Below, piece after piece: positions 1 to 9,547 of a stretch of DNA of 36,586 bases. Position 1 is the stretch's first letter, and every line of letters begins with the position of its first letter. The notes under the pieces are model-generated. The model saw nothing but the letters and a program-made list of their open reading frames with translations. It was not told where the DNA came from and made no database searches. Source of the stretch: Planctomycetota bacterium (GTDB lineage Bacteria > Planctomycetota > GCA-002687715 > DRQF01); NCBI GenBank assembly GCA_027001995.1, contig JALTLO010000133.1, positions 76,316-112,901 of the forward strand, given 5' to 3'. Both the position numbers and the translations under genes were made by a program.

Positions 1-395
1 AAGACGAAAAACCAAGCATTCCGCTGGAAGCCGATGATAACGTAAACAAATGGCTACTTCTCGCGATCTCAGAAGAACTTCCGGCACTTAGAAAGAGGAA
101 GAATCTACGGCTGAAAGAGTGCCAAATGACAGAAAACCAAGAAATCATAGCCGCTTGATATTTTCATGGAACCGAGGCGAAATGACGCGGATTGGCGAAT
201 CTCCGCAGAATAAGGCGGATCTGAGGCCTAAGTGGGCAAGAGTGACTGCCCTCAGACCACAGGAATAAGAGTAGATGGCTACTGGATATGGAAAAACCTG
301 GTACATACACTGGGGAACGGGCCCCATGCCAAAGTGGTGGTGCCAAACGAAGGAATACGCTCCATTGCGGGAGCGCCAAAGAGAAAGAACAAAGA

Positions 396-725
396 ATGGC
401 CAATATGATTGAAATCAACTCGGACAACTTCGAATCAGAAGTGATTGAAGCTGGTGGCGTCTCTCTTGTTGACTTCAGTGCCACTTGGTGCGGTCCTTGC
501 AAAGCATTGGCACCTACAATCGAAGAACTTGCCGGTGAATACGCTGACAAAGGGGTCAAAATGGGCAAGTGCGACGTGGACGAAGCTGGGGATATCGCAG
601 CACGCTACGGCATCATGAGTGTGCCCACCATTCTCTTCTTCAAGGACGGTGAGAAAGTCGACACCATGATGGGTAACCAACCCAAGAATGCCATCCAAGC
701 TAAGATCGACGCTCTCCTCGCTTGA
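396..725 (+). CDS. trxA: Thioredoxin
   Basis: WCGPC active site, the DFSATW context and the cis-Pro motif SVPT; 109 aa from ATG 396. The ORF-track start at 288 adds a non-homologous extension. Confidence 0.97.
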   Translation: MANMIEINSDNFESEVIEAGGVSLVDFSATWCGPCKALAPTIEELAGEYADKGVKMGKCDVDEAGDIAARYGIMSVPTILFFKDGEKVDTMMGNQPKNAIQAKIDALLA

Positions 726-738
726 GATTCACAAGAAT

Positions 739-1749
739 ATGACAAAATCCCCCGACGCCAAATCCGTTGCCAGACGGATCCTGTCTTGCGACAAAATCCT
801 GCTGACGACTCACATGACTCCAGACGGCGACGGACTTGGAAGTGAGCTGGCATTCCTAAGACATCTTCGGCGTCTGGGGAAAAAAGTAGCTATTCTCAAT
901 TGCTCTTCTGTCCCTGAAGACCTTCGCTTTCTGGTCCGCAGCGGTGAAGTGATTACCTTTCAGCAAGGCAAGCACGAAGAGATGGTGGCAGAGGCCGACG
1001 TGATTTGTGCCTTCGATCTGGGCGCGGCCGGAAGATTGGGACGGATGGAAGGTCCTGTTCGATCCGCCAAGTGCAGCAAGATTCTCATTGACCACCACCT
1101 TTTCGACAACGACCTGTTTGATGTGCTCTTCGTCGACACTCAGGCATCGTCGAGCGCCGAGTTGACTTTCACTCTCTTGGAAGAAATGGAGATGAAGAAA
1201 CTCGATGTAGATGTGGCCGAACCTCTCCAGGTGGGGCTCATCCAAGACACCGGGTCTTTTAACTACAACACCACAACCCCTTCCGCTCTCAGATTGGCTG
1301 CCAAGTTCTTAGAGGCAGGGGTGAAGCCTTACCGTCTGTGGCGCAAATTGAACTGCCAAAAGCCTCTTCATCGGGTGAGGTTCATGGGCAACAACATTGC
1401 CAAGATAGAACTTCATGAAGGCGGGCGTTTGTCCAGTGTTCTTTGCGATCTGGAATACATGAAAAAGGTCAAAGGAGAACCCCGCGATGCCTTTGAAGTT
1501 GTCAACCATCTTCTGAGCATACGGGGCGTCGAGGTGGGGTGTTTTGCGGTTCAAATTGCCTCGACCAAAACGAAATTTTCCCTGCGTTCAGCCGGACGTC
1601 TCGATGTCTGCGATTTAGCGAAGGAGTTTGGCGGAGGCGGGCACCGCTTTGCAGCAGGTTTCACCGTTGAGAAAAAAAGCGCCCAGGAAGCTTTTGCCGA
1701 AGTGTTAGAGCGCTGCTCTGACTTGGTCAATCCGGGTCGTATTCAATGA
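739..1749 (+). CDS. nrnA: DHH-DHHA1 family phosphoesterase (bifunctional oligoribonuclease / pAp phosphatase)
   Basis: Motifs HMTPDGD, IDHH, DTGSF, SLRS and GGGH. Start taken at ATG 739, just after the trxA stop. Confidence 0.9.
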   Translation: MTKSPDAKSVARRILSCDKILLTTHMTPDGDGLGSELAFLRHLRRLGKKVAILNCSSVPEDLRFLVRSGEVITFQQGKHEEMVAEADVICAFDLGAAGRLGRMEGPVRSAKCSKILIDHHLFDNDLFDVLFVDTQASSSAELTFTLLEEMEMKKLDVDVAEPLQVGLIQDTGSFNYNTTTPSALRLAAKFLEAGVKPYRLWRKLNCQKPLHRVRFMGNNIAKIELHEGGRLSSVLCDLEYMKKVKGEPRDAFEVVNHLLSIRGVEVGCFAVQIASTKTKFSLRSAGRLDVCDLAKEFGGGGHRFAAGFTVEKKSAQEAFAEVLERCSDLVNPGRIQ

Positions 1750-2591
1750 AATTCGGGTCTCTTGAACTCACGGCAGTGGAAGCCGGAAGGATGAAGCTAG
1801 ACGGGGGTGCCATGTTTGGCTCTGTCCCCAAAGCCCTGTGGGAAAAACAACATCCCGCAGACTCAAGCAACTGCATCGAACTTGCATGCCGGGTTTTGGT
1901 CATCAAACAAGGTGACCGTTTGATTTTGGTCGATTCTGGCATGGGCGACAAATGGAATGACAAAGAGCGTAAAATTTTTGGCATTGCCCCAGACTATTCA
2001 CCTTTAGAATTTGCCCTGCAAAGAGCCGGATTTTCCCATGAGGACTTCACCGACATCATCATCACGCATCTTCACTTCGATCATGCTGGTGGGCTGACTC
2101 GGTTGGATGATGAGAATAATTTGCTGCCTGCCTTTCCTCAGGCGATTCATTGGCTCCAAGCTGCCAACCTCAAGAATGCTCAAAAACCTAACCCAAGGGA
2201 AAGAGCAAGCTATCGCTCAGAGAATTTTGAACCTCTTTTAGACCTCGATCTTCGTCTGCTGGAAGGCAACGCTGAAATCTATCCAGGCATCTCTGTCATC
2301 GTGAGCAACGGCCATACGGAAGGCATGCAAGTTGTTCGTGTCGAAGACGGGGGAGTTCAAGTTAATTATTGCGCCGATCTCATCCCTACAGCAACTCATG
2401 TTCATCCAGCCTACACAATGGGCTATGACATCCATGCAGGCCTACTTATTCAAGAGAAGGCCGCTTTCTTGGCCGAGATCGCAAAAAAGAATGGGTACTT
2501 GTTTTTTGAACATGACCCCAGAGGTGCCTTGGGCGCCCTTAGAACCGATCAACATCGCATTAAGTTTTCTGGTTACGTTGAAGAAGGATAA
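1746..2591 (+). CDS. Metallo-beta-lactamase fold hydrolase (YtnP-like)
   Basis: LDGGAMFGSVPK N-terminal motif, THLHFDH metal site, GHT, ADL and FEHD; ATGA overlap with the upstream gene. Confidence 0.9.
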   Translation: MKFGSLELTAVEAGRMKLDGGAMFGSVPKALWEKQHPADSSNCIELACRVLVIKQGDRLILVDSGMGDKWNDKERKIFGIAPDYSPLEFALQRAGFSHEDFTDIIITHLHFDHAGGLTRLDDENNLLPAFPQAIHWLQAANLKNAQKPNPRERASYRSENFEPLLDLDLRLLEGNAEIYPGISVIVSNGHTEGMQVVRVEDGGVQVNYCADLIPTATHVHPAYTMGYDIHAGLLIQEKAAFLAEIAKKNGYLFFEHDPRGALGALRTDQHRIKFSGYVEEG

Positions 2592-2596
2592 CTCCT

Positions 2597-4102
2597 ATGA
2601 CCACATTGAAGCCCCTCATCGCCAAGGTCGCTGACCTCAAGTCTGAGACCATCGTGATTCCCATCTTTCAAGACGCAAAGAGCCAATCAAAACTCTTCAA
2701 AGAATTGGATAAACTCACCGGAGGAATTCTATCCGTTGCCCTAAACGGTGACGAATTCGACGGGAAGTCTGAAACAACTTTGATTCAACGATTCGAGAAG
2801 ACCAGTAAGACCACCAAGAAGATCCTCCTTTTAGGGGCTGGCAAGTCTTCTGAGTTGACCACAGACAAAACCCGTCGCTTGGGCTCAACAATTTACCAAG
2901 CGCTCAAGAGCAATTCGAAAGACGCGGCATTCCTGATGGACGACCTAAAACTCGACTCAGGTGACTTAGAGTCTTTCGCTCAAGCCCTTGGGGAAGGTGT
3001 CGCACTCACTGCCTACAACTTCTCTCGCTTCAAGAAAGCACCGAAAGTAGCGTTGAAAACCCTGCATGTTGTCGTCGCCAATACCAAGGAACAAAGCTCG
3101 GTTCGTAGAGGACTCAAGACTGCCAAGGGTATCGCCTCCGGCGTTTCCGACGCCCGTGATTTGGCGAACTTGCCAGGCAACTTTGGGCAACCTAAAAAGA
3201 TCGCGGCCGCAGCCAGAGCCATGGCCAAGAAAACGGGTCTCAAATGCAAGGTCCTTGGTCGCAATGAAATGAGCAAATTGAAAATGGGTTCTTTGCTGAG
3301 TGTTTCATTGGGTTCTCCCCACGAACCACAATTGATCGTTTTGGAACACAACGGGAGCAAGAAGAACTTGCCCACGGTTTGTTTGGTTGGCAAAGGGCTC
3401 ACCTTTGACTCCGGTGGAATCTCTATCAAACCTTCAGCCGACATGGACAAAATGCGCTATGACAAATGTGGCGGCACAACTGTCATTGGCACCATGCGCG
3501 CCGTTGCCGAACTGAACTTGCCTCTTCATGTTGTTGGCATCATCCCATCGTCTGAGAACATGCCGGGAGGAGACGCCAACAAGCCAGGGGATGTGGTGAC
3601 CGCATCCAACAAGAAAACCATTGAGATCCTTAACACCGATGCTGAGGGAAGGCTTATTTTGGCCGATGCTTTGGTCTATTCACAAAAGTTCAAACCTGAC
3701 ATCACCATCGATTTGGCCACACTGACCGGGGCCTGCATGGTCGCTTTAGGGCAACACTGCTGCGGCTTGATGACTCGAAGTGACACATTGGCGAAAGCTC
3801 TGAAGCGAGCTGGTAACGCAAGTTTCGAACGCACTTGGCGTTTACCTCTTTGGGATGAATACAGCGAAGAGATGAAGGGCAGCACCACCGACCTCAAGAA
3901 CCTAGGCGGTCGTTTCGGGGGTGCCATCACGGCGGGAGCATTCCTGGAGAATTTTGTTGGCGACAGTGGCGATTGGGCCCATTTAGACATCGCTGGCGTT
4001 TCCTGGGATGACAATCATCGTCCCTATAACAAAGGCAAAGGTGCCACGGGTTACGGAGTCCGCCTGTTGGTGGAATACCTGCGCAACTTCAAGAAATCAT
4101 GA
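2597..4102 (+). CDS. pepA: Leucyl aminopeptidase (M17)
   Basis: VGKGLTFDSGG, NTDAEGRL, DLATLTGA and WAHLDIAG motifs. Confidence 0.96.
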   Translation: MTTLKPLIAKVADLKSETIVIPIFQDAKSQSKLFKELDKLTGGILSVALNGDEFDGKSETTLIQRFEKTSKTTKKILLLGAGKSSELTTDKTRRLGSTIYQALKSNSKDAAFLMDDLKLDSGDLESFAQALGEGVALTAYNFSRFKKAPKVALKTLHVVVANTKEQSSVRRGLKTAKGIASGVSDARDLANLPGNFGQPKKIAAAARAMAKKTGLKCKVLGRNEMSKLKMGSLLSVSLGSPHEPQLIVLEHNGSKKNLPTVCLVGKGLTFDSGGISIKPSADMDKMRYDKCGGTTVIGTMRAVAELNLPLHVVGIIPSSENMPGGDANKPGDVVTASNKKTIEILNTDAEGRLILADALVYSQKFKPDITIDLATLTGACMVALGQHCCGLMTRSDTLAKALKRAGNASFERTWRLPLWDEYSEEMKGSTTDLKNLGGRFGGAITAGAFLENFVGDSGDWAHLDIAGVSWDDNHRPYNKGKGATGYGVRLLVEYLRNFKKS

Positions 4103-4131
4103 GCCCAGGTTTGGAACATCGAATCTAAATG

Positions 4132-4174
4132 GGAAGCGGATGGAAAGTGAAAACTTCTTCATCCGCTTCCTTTT
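4132..4174 (+). terminator. Intrinsic terminator after pepA
   Basis: GGAAGCGGATG...CATCCGCTTCC stem followed by TTTT. Confidence 0.8.
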
Positions 4175-4314
4175 GCAATAGGCGGCCAACAATCATGATG
4201 AGGAATAATATTGAGACCGGGTGTGAGCTGAATCCTGAGGGCCCCAGGATTGCGCGCAGGAGGGGCCATGACCCGTTCTTTCCTGGATATCGCTCAATTC
4301 CCAAGGTGATTGAC

Positions 4315-4343
4315 TTGGAGCCCGGCTCAAGTGCGCCTACAAT
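4315..4343 (+). promoter_or_regulatory. Putative sigma70 promoter for ispG
   Basis: TTGGAG-N17-TACAAT, about 60 bp upstream of the ispG start. Confidence 0.45.
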
Positions 4344-4403
4344 CCTTGGGCCTAGATCCGAGAAAACGGTTTCAGGCCAAGCCGAGTTGATCATTGAGGA
4401 CAA

Positions 4404-5507
4404 ATGACCGTGCATCCAGAACTATCAGAACGACGTAAGACCCGTGAATTAAGAGTGGGTCATGTTGGTATAGGGGCCGATCATCCCATTGTCGTCCAGT
4501 CTATGACAATCACTGACACTCGTGATATTGACGCGACTGTGGCTGAATCTAACCGCTTAGCAGAGGCAGGATGCGAAATGGTTCGCGTGGCTGTGGTGGA
4601 CGACGAAGCAGCGAAGTGCTTGGGAGAGATCAAGAGCCAGATCAAGATTCCCCTTATTGCCGATATTCACTTCAATTACAAACATGCCTTAACCGCCATT
4701 GAACAGGGGGTCGACAAAGTTCGCATCAACCCGGGAAATATCGGTGGCGAGAAAAAATTTACCGAAGTTATCGAAAGACTTCGTGATGCAGGGATGCCGA
4801 GCCGCATTGGGGTCAATGCTGGTTCGCTGGAAATGGACCTCATTGAACGCTATGGCTTTCCCACTTCTGGCGCCTTAGTCGAAAGTGCCATGCGGCACAT
4901 CGACACCTGCGATAAGTTGGGGTATTCGAACTTCTTGGTGAGCCTCAAGAGTTCAAGTGTTCCCATGACCGTGAAGGCCTATCGTTTGTTCGCGGAAAAG
5001 GTTCCAGAGATCCCGCTTCACTTAGGTGTGACCGAGGCTGGCGATCCGCAATATGGTGCTGTGAAATCGGCCGCAGGTTTGGGAGGACTCCTTGTAGACG
5101 GAATTGGAGACACCATTCGTGTTTCCCTTCTGGGCGATCCCTGCATTGAAATCCCTGTGGCATTCGACATCCTCAAGGCCACCGGTCGCCGGGTTATCAG
5201 CCCCGAGATTGTGGCTTGCCCCTCATGTGGTCGAATCGAAATTGACCTCGAGAAAATCGTCGATGAGGTCAAGCAACGTTTGGGTTATTCGAAATTGCCC
5301 ATTATCGTCTCCGTCTTAGGTTGTGTCGTCAATGGACCAGGTGAAGCCAGGGAAGCCGATATTGGCATAGCAGCGGGAAAAGGTTTCGGCATGCTCTTTA
5401 AGAAAGGCGTGATGGTTCGCAAACTCAAAGAAGATGAAATGGTCGACGCCCTGGTGGATGAGATCCAAAAAATGGAGGCCGAAGGCGCTGCCGGCATGCA
5501 CGGATAG
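4404..5507 (+). CDS. ispG: (E)-4-hydroxy-3-methylbut-2-enyl diphosphate synthase (MEP pathway)
   Basis: VQSMT, ADIHF, RINPGNIG, HLGVTEAG, GDTIRVSL, and the [4Fe-4S] ligands CPSC and GCVVNGPGE; RBS GAGGA. Confidence 0.97.
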   Translation: MTVHPELSERRKTRELRVGHVGIGADHPIVVQSMTITDTRDIDATVAESNRLAEAGCEMVRVAVVDDEAAKCLGEIKSQIKIPLIADIHFNYKHALTAIEQGVDKVRINPGNIGGEKKFTEVIERLRDAGMPSRIGVNAGSLEMDLIERYGFPTSGALVESAMRHIDTCDKLGYSNFLVSLKSSSVPMTVKAYRLFAEKVPEIPLHLGVTEAGDPQYGAVKSAAGLGGLLVDGIGDTIRVSLLGDPCIEIPVAFDILKATGRRVISPEIVACPSCGRIEIDLEKIVDEVKQRLGYSKLPIIVSVLGCVVNGPGEAREADIGIAAGKGFGMLFKKGVMVRKLKEDEMVDALVDEIQKMEAEGAAGMHG

Positions 5508-5534
5508 GCGGTTCTCACGTCGCGAAATAGAATT

Positions 5535-5574
5535 AACGTCCCCAAGTGCCGTCGGCTCCTGGGGGCGTTTCTTA
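5535..5574. terminator. Hairpin between convergent ispG and eboA, probably a bidirectional terminator
   Basis: AACGTCCCCA...TGGGGGCGTT stem flanked by A/T-rich runs. Confidence 0.6.
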
Positions 5575-6417
5575 TTATTTTGAGATGGTACTGAGAATGT
5601 TGGCGATTTCAGATTTCACCTGAGCGTTTCTTTCTTGCTGCCCCTGTGCTTTCAATTGGGCCACCAAGAATTCGTTGCCTTGGCGGATGAGATTGCCAGC
5701 ACCGCGGACAGCATGAAGACGCCTGGCGTCGTCACCATGCTGAATGTCTCCAGCGACCCGCCCTAAGACACCGGGAGAAGGGGCATGCGATGCCAATTCC
5801 AATGAACCAGGCCAAGGTTTGCGCCCTGCGGCCTCTCTTTCGCTCATGAATTCCAAGAGCATTTCAGAGAGCTCTTCTGTTGCCCGTTTGGCCACGTCCA
5901 GCAAACGGTCATACTCTAGATTCATGAACGCGCTCTTCAAAACACCCCGATAAAAATCGTCGTTGTCCAGGATTGCCGCAGGAAGAGCCGTGTCTGCATA
6001 AGCCGCACGAAAGATCTCTTCGTCATTGGTACGGTGAGCTTCTTGAAGAAGCCGGATTGATGTGGCGTCACCAGGCAAGAAATTGAGAGCTTTAAGAATC
6101 ATCCGGCGTTCGAGTGCATCTCCTTGGTCATAAAGTTGAAACAGGTCTAAGGAAGAACCGTGCTCTGCGTTTCGAACCAAGAGCTCAGAGGCAGCCAGGT
6201 CACAATGCCTCATAGAAGCCAAGCGCAGACCATTCACTTTTGCTTCCGCCTCTGCTTCTACAAAGCTACGGCCAATCTTGCGGGGTAGGGAGGCGAAATG
6301 TATCTCAAGATAGGAAGCCCCGTCCTTCTCCAAACGAGCCCCCATGGCCTTGAGAGTTTCTTTCTGTTCACCATTCAGGTGTTCGTCACACAGTTGTGAA
6401 ATGATCTCTATCGACAT
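5575..6417 (-). CDS. eboA: EboA domain-containing protein
   Basis: GDxxERRxxLKAL, RTN, VLKSAF and EREAAGR segments typical of EboA; lies directly downstream of an EboB-type TatD gene. Confidence 0.8.
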   Translation of the reverse strand: MSIEIISQLCDEHLNGEQKETLKAMGARLEKDGASYLEIHFASLPRKIGRSFVEAEAEAKVNGLRLASMRHCDLAASELLVRNAEHGSSLDLFQLYDQGDALERRMILKALNFLPGDATSIRLLQEAHRTNDEEIFRAAYADTALPAAILDNDDFYRGVLKSAFMNLEYDRLLDVAKRATEELSEMLLEFMSEREAAGRKPWPGSLELASHAPSPGVLGRVAGDIQHGDDARRLHAVRGAGNLIRQGNEFLVAQLKAQGQQERNAQVKSEIANILSTISK

Positions 6418-6431
6418 GCTTCTAACCTTGC

Positions 6432-7319
6432 TTACATCTTGCTGGGGTCTTGACCCCGGAGAACAGAGTTGCCATCAAATGTATCTGTCCATTGAAGGAC
6501 AGGTTCTGCCTCCCACTCGTTCACGTCACCTCGGCCGCCTTGACCAAAGAAAGTGGTGGGGTTCTTCCAAACAAGTGTATCGATGTCCTCTGTTTTCATT
6601 CCAGCAGCGACCATTTCTGTCACTGTCTTTGGCACACTCAAAGGATCACTCACCCCCCAATCACAGGCGCTGTTGATGATCATGTTTTCGACGCCGAATT
6701 CTTGGAGCACATGAACCATGCGCTTAGGTGTCATTTTCGTATTGGGATAGATAGAAAAACCTTGCATGGCGCCGCTTTCATGAGTGATGCGAACGGTCTC
6801 TTCGTTACCATGGTCAATAAGAACACGTCCCATGTCGATACCTGAGTTCTTGGCGATATCTAAGCAACGTTCAAATCCGGCCTTCTTGTTGCGATGGGGG
6901 GTGTGAATCAAGATTGGAAGATCATGATCGATAGCCAACTGGATTTGTGCTTCGAAATACTTCTCTTCTTTTTCAGTCATGTCGTCGAGACCGATTTCGC
7001 CGACGCCCACAACAGAGTTTTTCTCTAAGAAACGGGGCAGGACTTCCATCACCGCATCGTTGACCCGGTCGTCGTTGGCCTCCCGTGGATTGAGGCCCAT
7101 GGTGCAAACATGATGGATGCCGAATTGCTCAGAGCGGTGGCGTTCCCAGCCCAAGATGGTGTCGAAGTAGTCGATAAATGATCCGACATTGGTCCTAGGT
7201 TGCCCCAACCAAAACGCCGGCTCCAAGACCACGCGAATTCCTGCCTCTCTCATAGCGACATAATCATCAGTGACCCGGGAGAACATATGGGCGTGGGGTT
7301 CGAAAATCTTCTGCTTCAT
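6432..7319 (-). CDS. eboB: TatD-family metal-dependent hydrolase, EboB type
   Basis: HAHMFSRVTDDY, EPAFWLGQPRT, GLNPREAN, GEIGLD, IHTPHRNK and DWGVSDPL motifs. Confidence 0.88.
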   Translation of the reverse strand: MKQKIFEPHAHMFSRVTDDYVAMREAGIRVVLEPAFWLGQPRTNVGSFIDYFDTILGWERHRSEQFGIHHVCTMGLNPREANDDRVNDAVMEVLPRFLEKNSVVGVGEIGLDDMTEKEEKYFEAQIQLAIDHDLPILIHTPHRNKKAGFERCLDIAKNSGIDMGRVLIDHGNEETVRITHESGAMQGFSIYPNTKMTPKRMVHVLQEFGVENMIINSACDWGVSDPLSVPKTVTEMVAAGMKTEDIDTLVWKNPTTFFGQGGRGDVNEWEAEPVLQWTDTFDGNSVLRGQDPSKM

Positions 7320-7705
7320 GGAAACTCACTCAAAATACAATGGATTGGGCCACTATAGCGATTTCGTTCACTCAGCAACAAATCGGGATTGTCGCAGACC
7401 ATGGGAAAAACGAGAATCCCAAGCCAAAGTTCGATGAAACAGGGGGCAAGAGTGGATTTAGACCAATTTAGAGCAGAATCCAGACATTCTTCATCAAGAG
7501 CTTCCAAGGGAGAAATTTCGCCTCCTTGGACCTCTCCCAGAAACACCGTTCCGCGGCGAGATGGGCAGAATTCAACAAAACGTGCCTCAAATCCTCTTTC
7601 TCGACTCCCAGCGCAGGAGAAATCGAGATCCTGTCCTTGGACAAGCATAGGAAGCCGCTCAAGAAAGCGAGTAAGTGGCTAAGTCCAAGGAAGACAATGG
7701 GTTGG

Positions 7706-7734
7706 TTGAAAAAAGGGAGGGGCTGCCGTAGAAT
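7706..7734 (+). promoter_or_regulatory. Putative sigma70 promoter for the lipoprotein-DUF366 operon
   Basis: TTGAAA-N17-TAGAAT, close to consensus, 135 bp upstream of ATG 7869. Confidence 0.6.
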
Positions 7735-7868
7735 TTGACGGTCCTCTGGTGGTGGTAGAGAAGAGGCAGATCGCAGTCGAGAGCGGCAGCGCCGTTGTGT
7801 TTTGATTTTGAATTCGATCATGTTGACCTAGCCCGTGGGCTCCGGTCGCCAATGAAGGAAATGGATCC

Positions 7869-8987
7869 ATGAGACAATTCCGCAGCTCGGCCTCACTATT
7901 GAGCTTGCTGGGTGTATTCCTGCTTCTTGCTAGTTGCAAGTCTACAGATGATTACTTGGTAGATTTGGCCACTTTGGATCCAGCACCGGTTTCTGGGAGT
8001 AATTTCCTCAAAGAAAGCGCCATCATTTTTGATGCGGGGCAATTGGCGCACGAGGCTTTTGCCGCCCTGGCCAGCGCCGAAGATATGAAGTTCTGGCAAG
8101 CCATAACGAGCCTTTCTCATGCTTGCAATTTCTTAGGAACTGCCCGGGACAAACCCCTGATTCAAGGGGATGCTGCCATGCTGATTGGCATCATTCTCTC
8201 CCGCGTTCCTATTCCCCCAGTAACAGATGAGTTGATTCCCCTGAAGGACAATGAGCAACTCGTCTATGAAAACCTCAAATTACTCATTGATGCCCGCACA
8301 AACTTGCAAATACCTGGTTACATTGCAGGTTTGGATTCGCCGGACGAAGTCCAAAAGATCGAAGCACTTCAAAGTTTGCAGAAGAAGACTGGTCAAGACT
8401 TTGGCAATGATCCGGAAGCTTGGCAAAAGTGGTACGACGAAAGAAGCGAAGGAATGATCGCTGAGTACGTCGAGAAAAGCAAAGAACCACTGCGGTTCTT
8501 AGGGAGTATTCGTTGGGAAAGAGGTGGCGAGGTTCGCCGGGTCCTGAAAATTCTCTCATTCTGGATCAACCAATATGCCCGGCCGGAAGTCGAAGAATAT
8601 TACGTTCCCTGCATCATGAACATTGCCCGGCAAACGGCTGTCATCACTTTGACGGAAGCCATGGGCCGTAATCGGCATGTCACTGTCCGAAGTGATGTCG
8701 CTCAAGCCATGTCGATGATTCTAGACCCGGCTTTCGGATATGCACTTGTGGCCCAATTGCCATTGGAGAGAAATTCCTATGCCGCCGCCAAGATGATTCG
8801 AGCTTTGAAGGCTTACCCGAGTCGCAAGACAATTCAGCAAGTCATAGGGACCATGGCGAATGAAGATCCTTTGATCAGCCAGAATGCCGCGGAAGTGCTT
8901 TTCAGCATGACGGGGAAGGACTTCAAACGCGATCGTGATGCTTGGGAATCATGGTGGATTGAAGAAGGATCAAAACTTTGGCCATAG
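7869..8987 (+). CDS. Lipoprotein with alpha-helical HEAT-like repeats, function unknown
   Basis: Signal peptide II with lipobox LLLAS-C; helical repeats (VRSDVAQAM, ISQNAAEVL); two copies of TG(Q/K)DFxxDxxAWxxW(Y/W); RBS AAGGA. Confidence 0.8.
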   Translation: MRQFRSSASLLSLLGVFLLLASCKSTDDYLVDLATLDPAPVSGSNFLKESAIIFDAGQLAHEAFAALASAEDMKFWQAITSLSHACNFLGTARDKPLIQGDAAMLIGIILSRVPIPPVTDELIPLKDNEQLVYENLKLLIDARTNLQIPGYIAGLDSPDEVQKIEALQSLQKKTGQDFGNDPEAWQKWYDERSEGMIAEYVEKSKEPLRFLGSIRWERGGEVRRVLKILSFWINQYARPEVEEYYVPCIMNIARQTAVITLTEAMGRNRHVTVRSDVAQAMSMILDPAFGYALVAQLPLERNSYAAAKMIRALKAYPSRKTIQQVIGTMANEDPLISQNAAEVLFSMTGKDFKRDRDAWESWWIEEGSKLWP

Positions 8988-9547
8988 TCCTTCCACAAAC
9001 AAGAATTTGTTCGACACCCCGGCCTTACACAGGGCGTGAATTGCGACCCCATTGGATTTATCAAACTTTTGACATCCAGGGTGACGCCATCGTTGCCTTT
9101 TCGGGGCCAGTGGAGGTCAAGATTGACTCCATGGTAGATATGGCTGATCGCCGTGATGGTTTGTTCATCTCCGGCGATTCTATGCTTCATTTCATCTATG
9201 AGAGTTTCGGACCAGACTTAGACCGCAGTGTTCACTTGCAAAAACTGCTTGTCCTCCTGGCCTTTGAGATTCTGCGAGAAAGTCTCGGAGAGAGAGTCCG
9301 CCGAAAGGGTGACGATATTTTTCTCGACGACGGAAAAATGTCGGTTTCAATTGCCACGGTTTCTTTGGTGAGCTGCTTGATTCATTTCGGCATGAACATC
9401 AGCAATAAGGGGACTCCTCTGAAAACAGGCGCCTTTGAAGACAGTCCCTTGGACAGTCAAGAATTTGCCAAGACACTCATGGCAAGGATGACGAATGAGC
9501 TGAGGTCCATGAACTTAGCCACCACCAAAGTGCGAGGAGTCCAGTGA
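8978..9547 (+). CDS. DUF366 family protein (lipoate/biotin ligase-like fold, function unknown)
   Basis: YTGxELxPHWIY, DAIVAFxGP, MLHFI, GDDIF...KMSVSIAT and IHFGMNI segments. The TTG start overlaps the upstream stop. Confidence 0.82.
   Translation: MAIVLPQTRICSTPRPYTGRELRPHWIYQTFDIQGDAIVAFSGPVEVKIDSMVDMADRRDGLFISGDSMLHFIYESFGPDLDRSVHLQKLLVLLAFEILRESLGERVRRKGDDIFLDDGKMSVSIATVSLVSCLIHFGMNISNKGTPLKTGAFEDSPLDSQEFAKTLMARMTNELRSMNLATTKVRGVQ

Noticed and set aside
3..158. Open frame ending ENQEIIAA-stop, reminiscent of a tmRNA tag or the 3' end of an upstream gene
   Set aside because: There is no Ala resume context and no downstream T-arm/CCA tRNA-like end. The antisense frame from ATG 148 is also open, so no call can be supported.
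327..347. TGCCAAA direct repeat (TTTGGCAC/TTTGGCAT on the minus strand) resembling sigma54 -24 boxes
   Set aside because: Neither copy has GC at the required 10-nt spacing.
4125..4415. Overlapping 92/96-aa ORFs between pepA and ispG
   Set aside because: They span a terminator and a promoter and have no protein-like features.
7316..7821. Several 70-117 aa ORFs in the eboB-lipoprotein gap
   Set aside because: They overlap each other, have no recognisable motif or good RBS, and one spans the predicted promoter.
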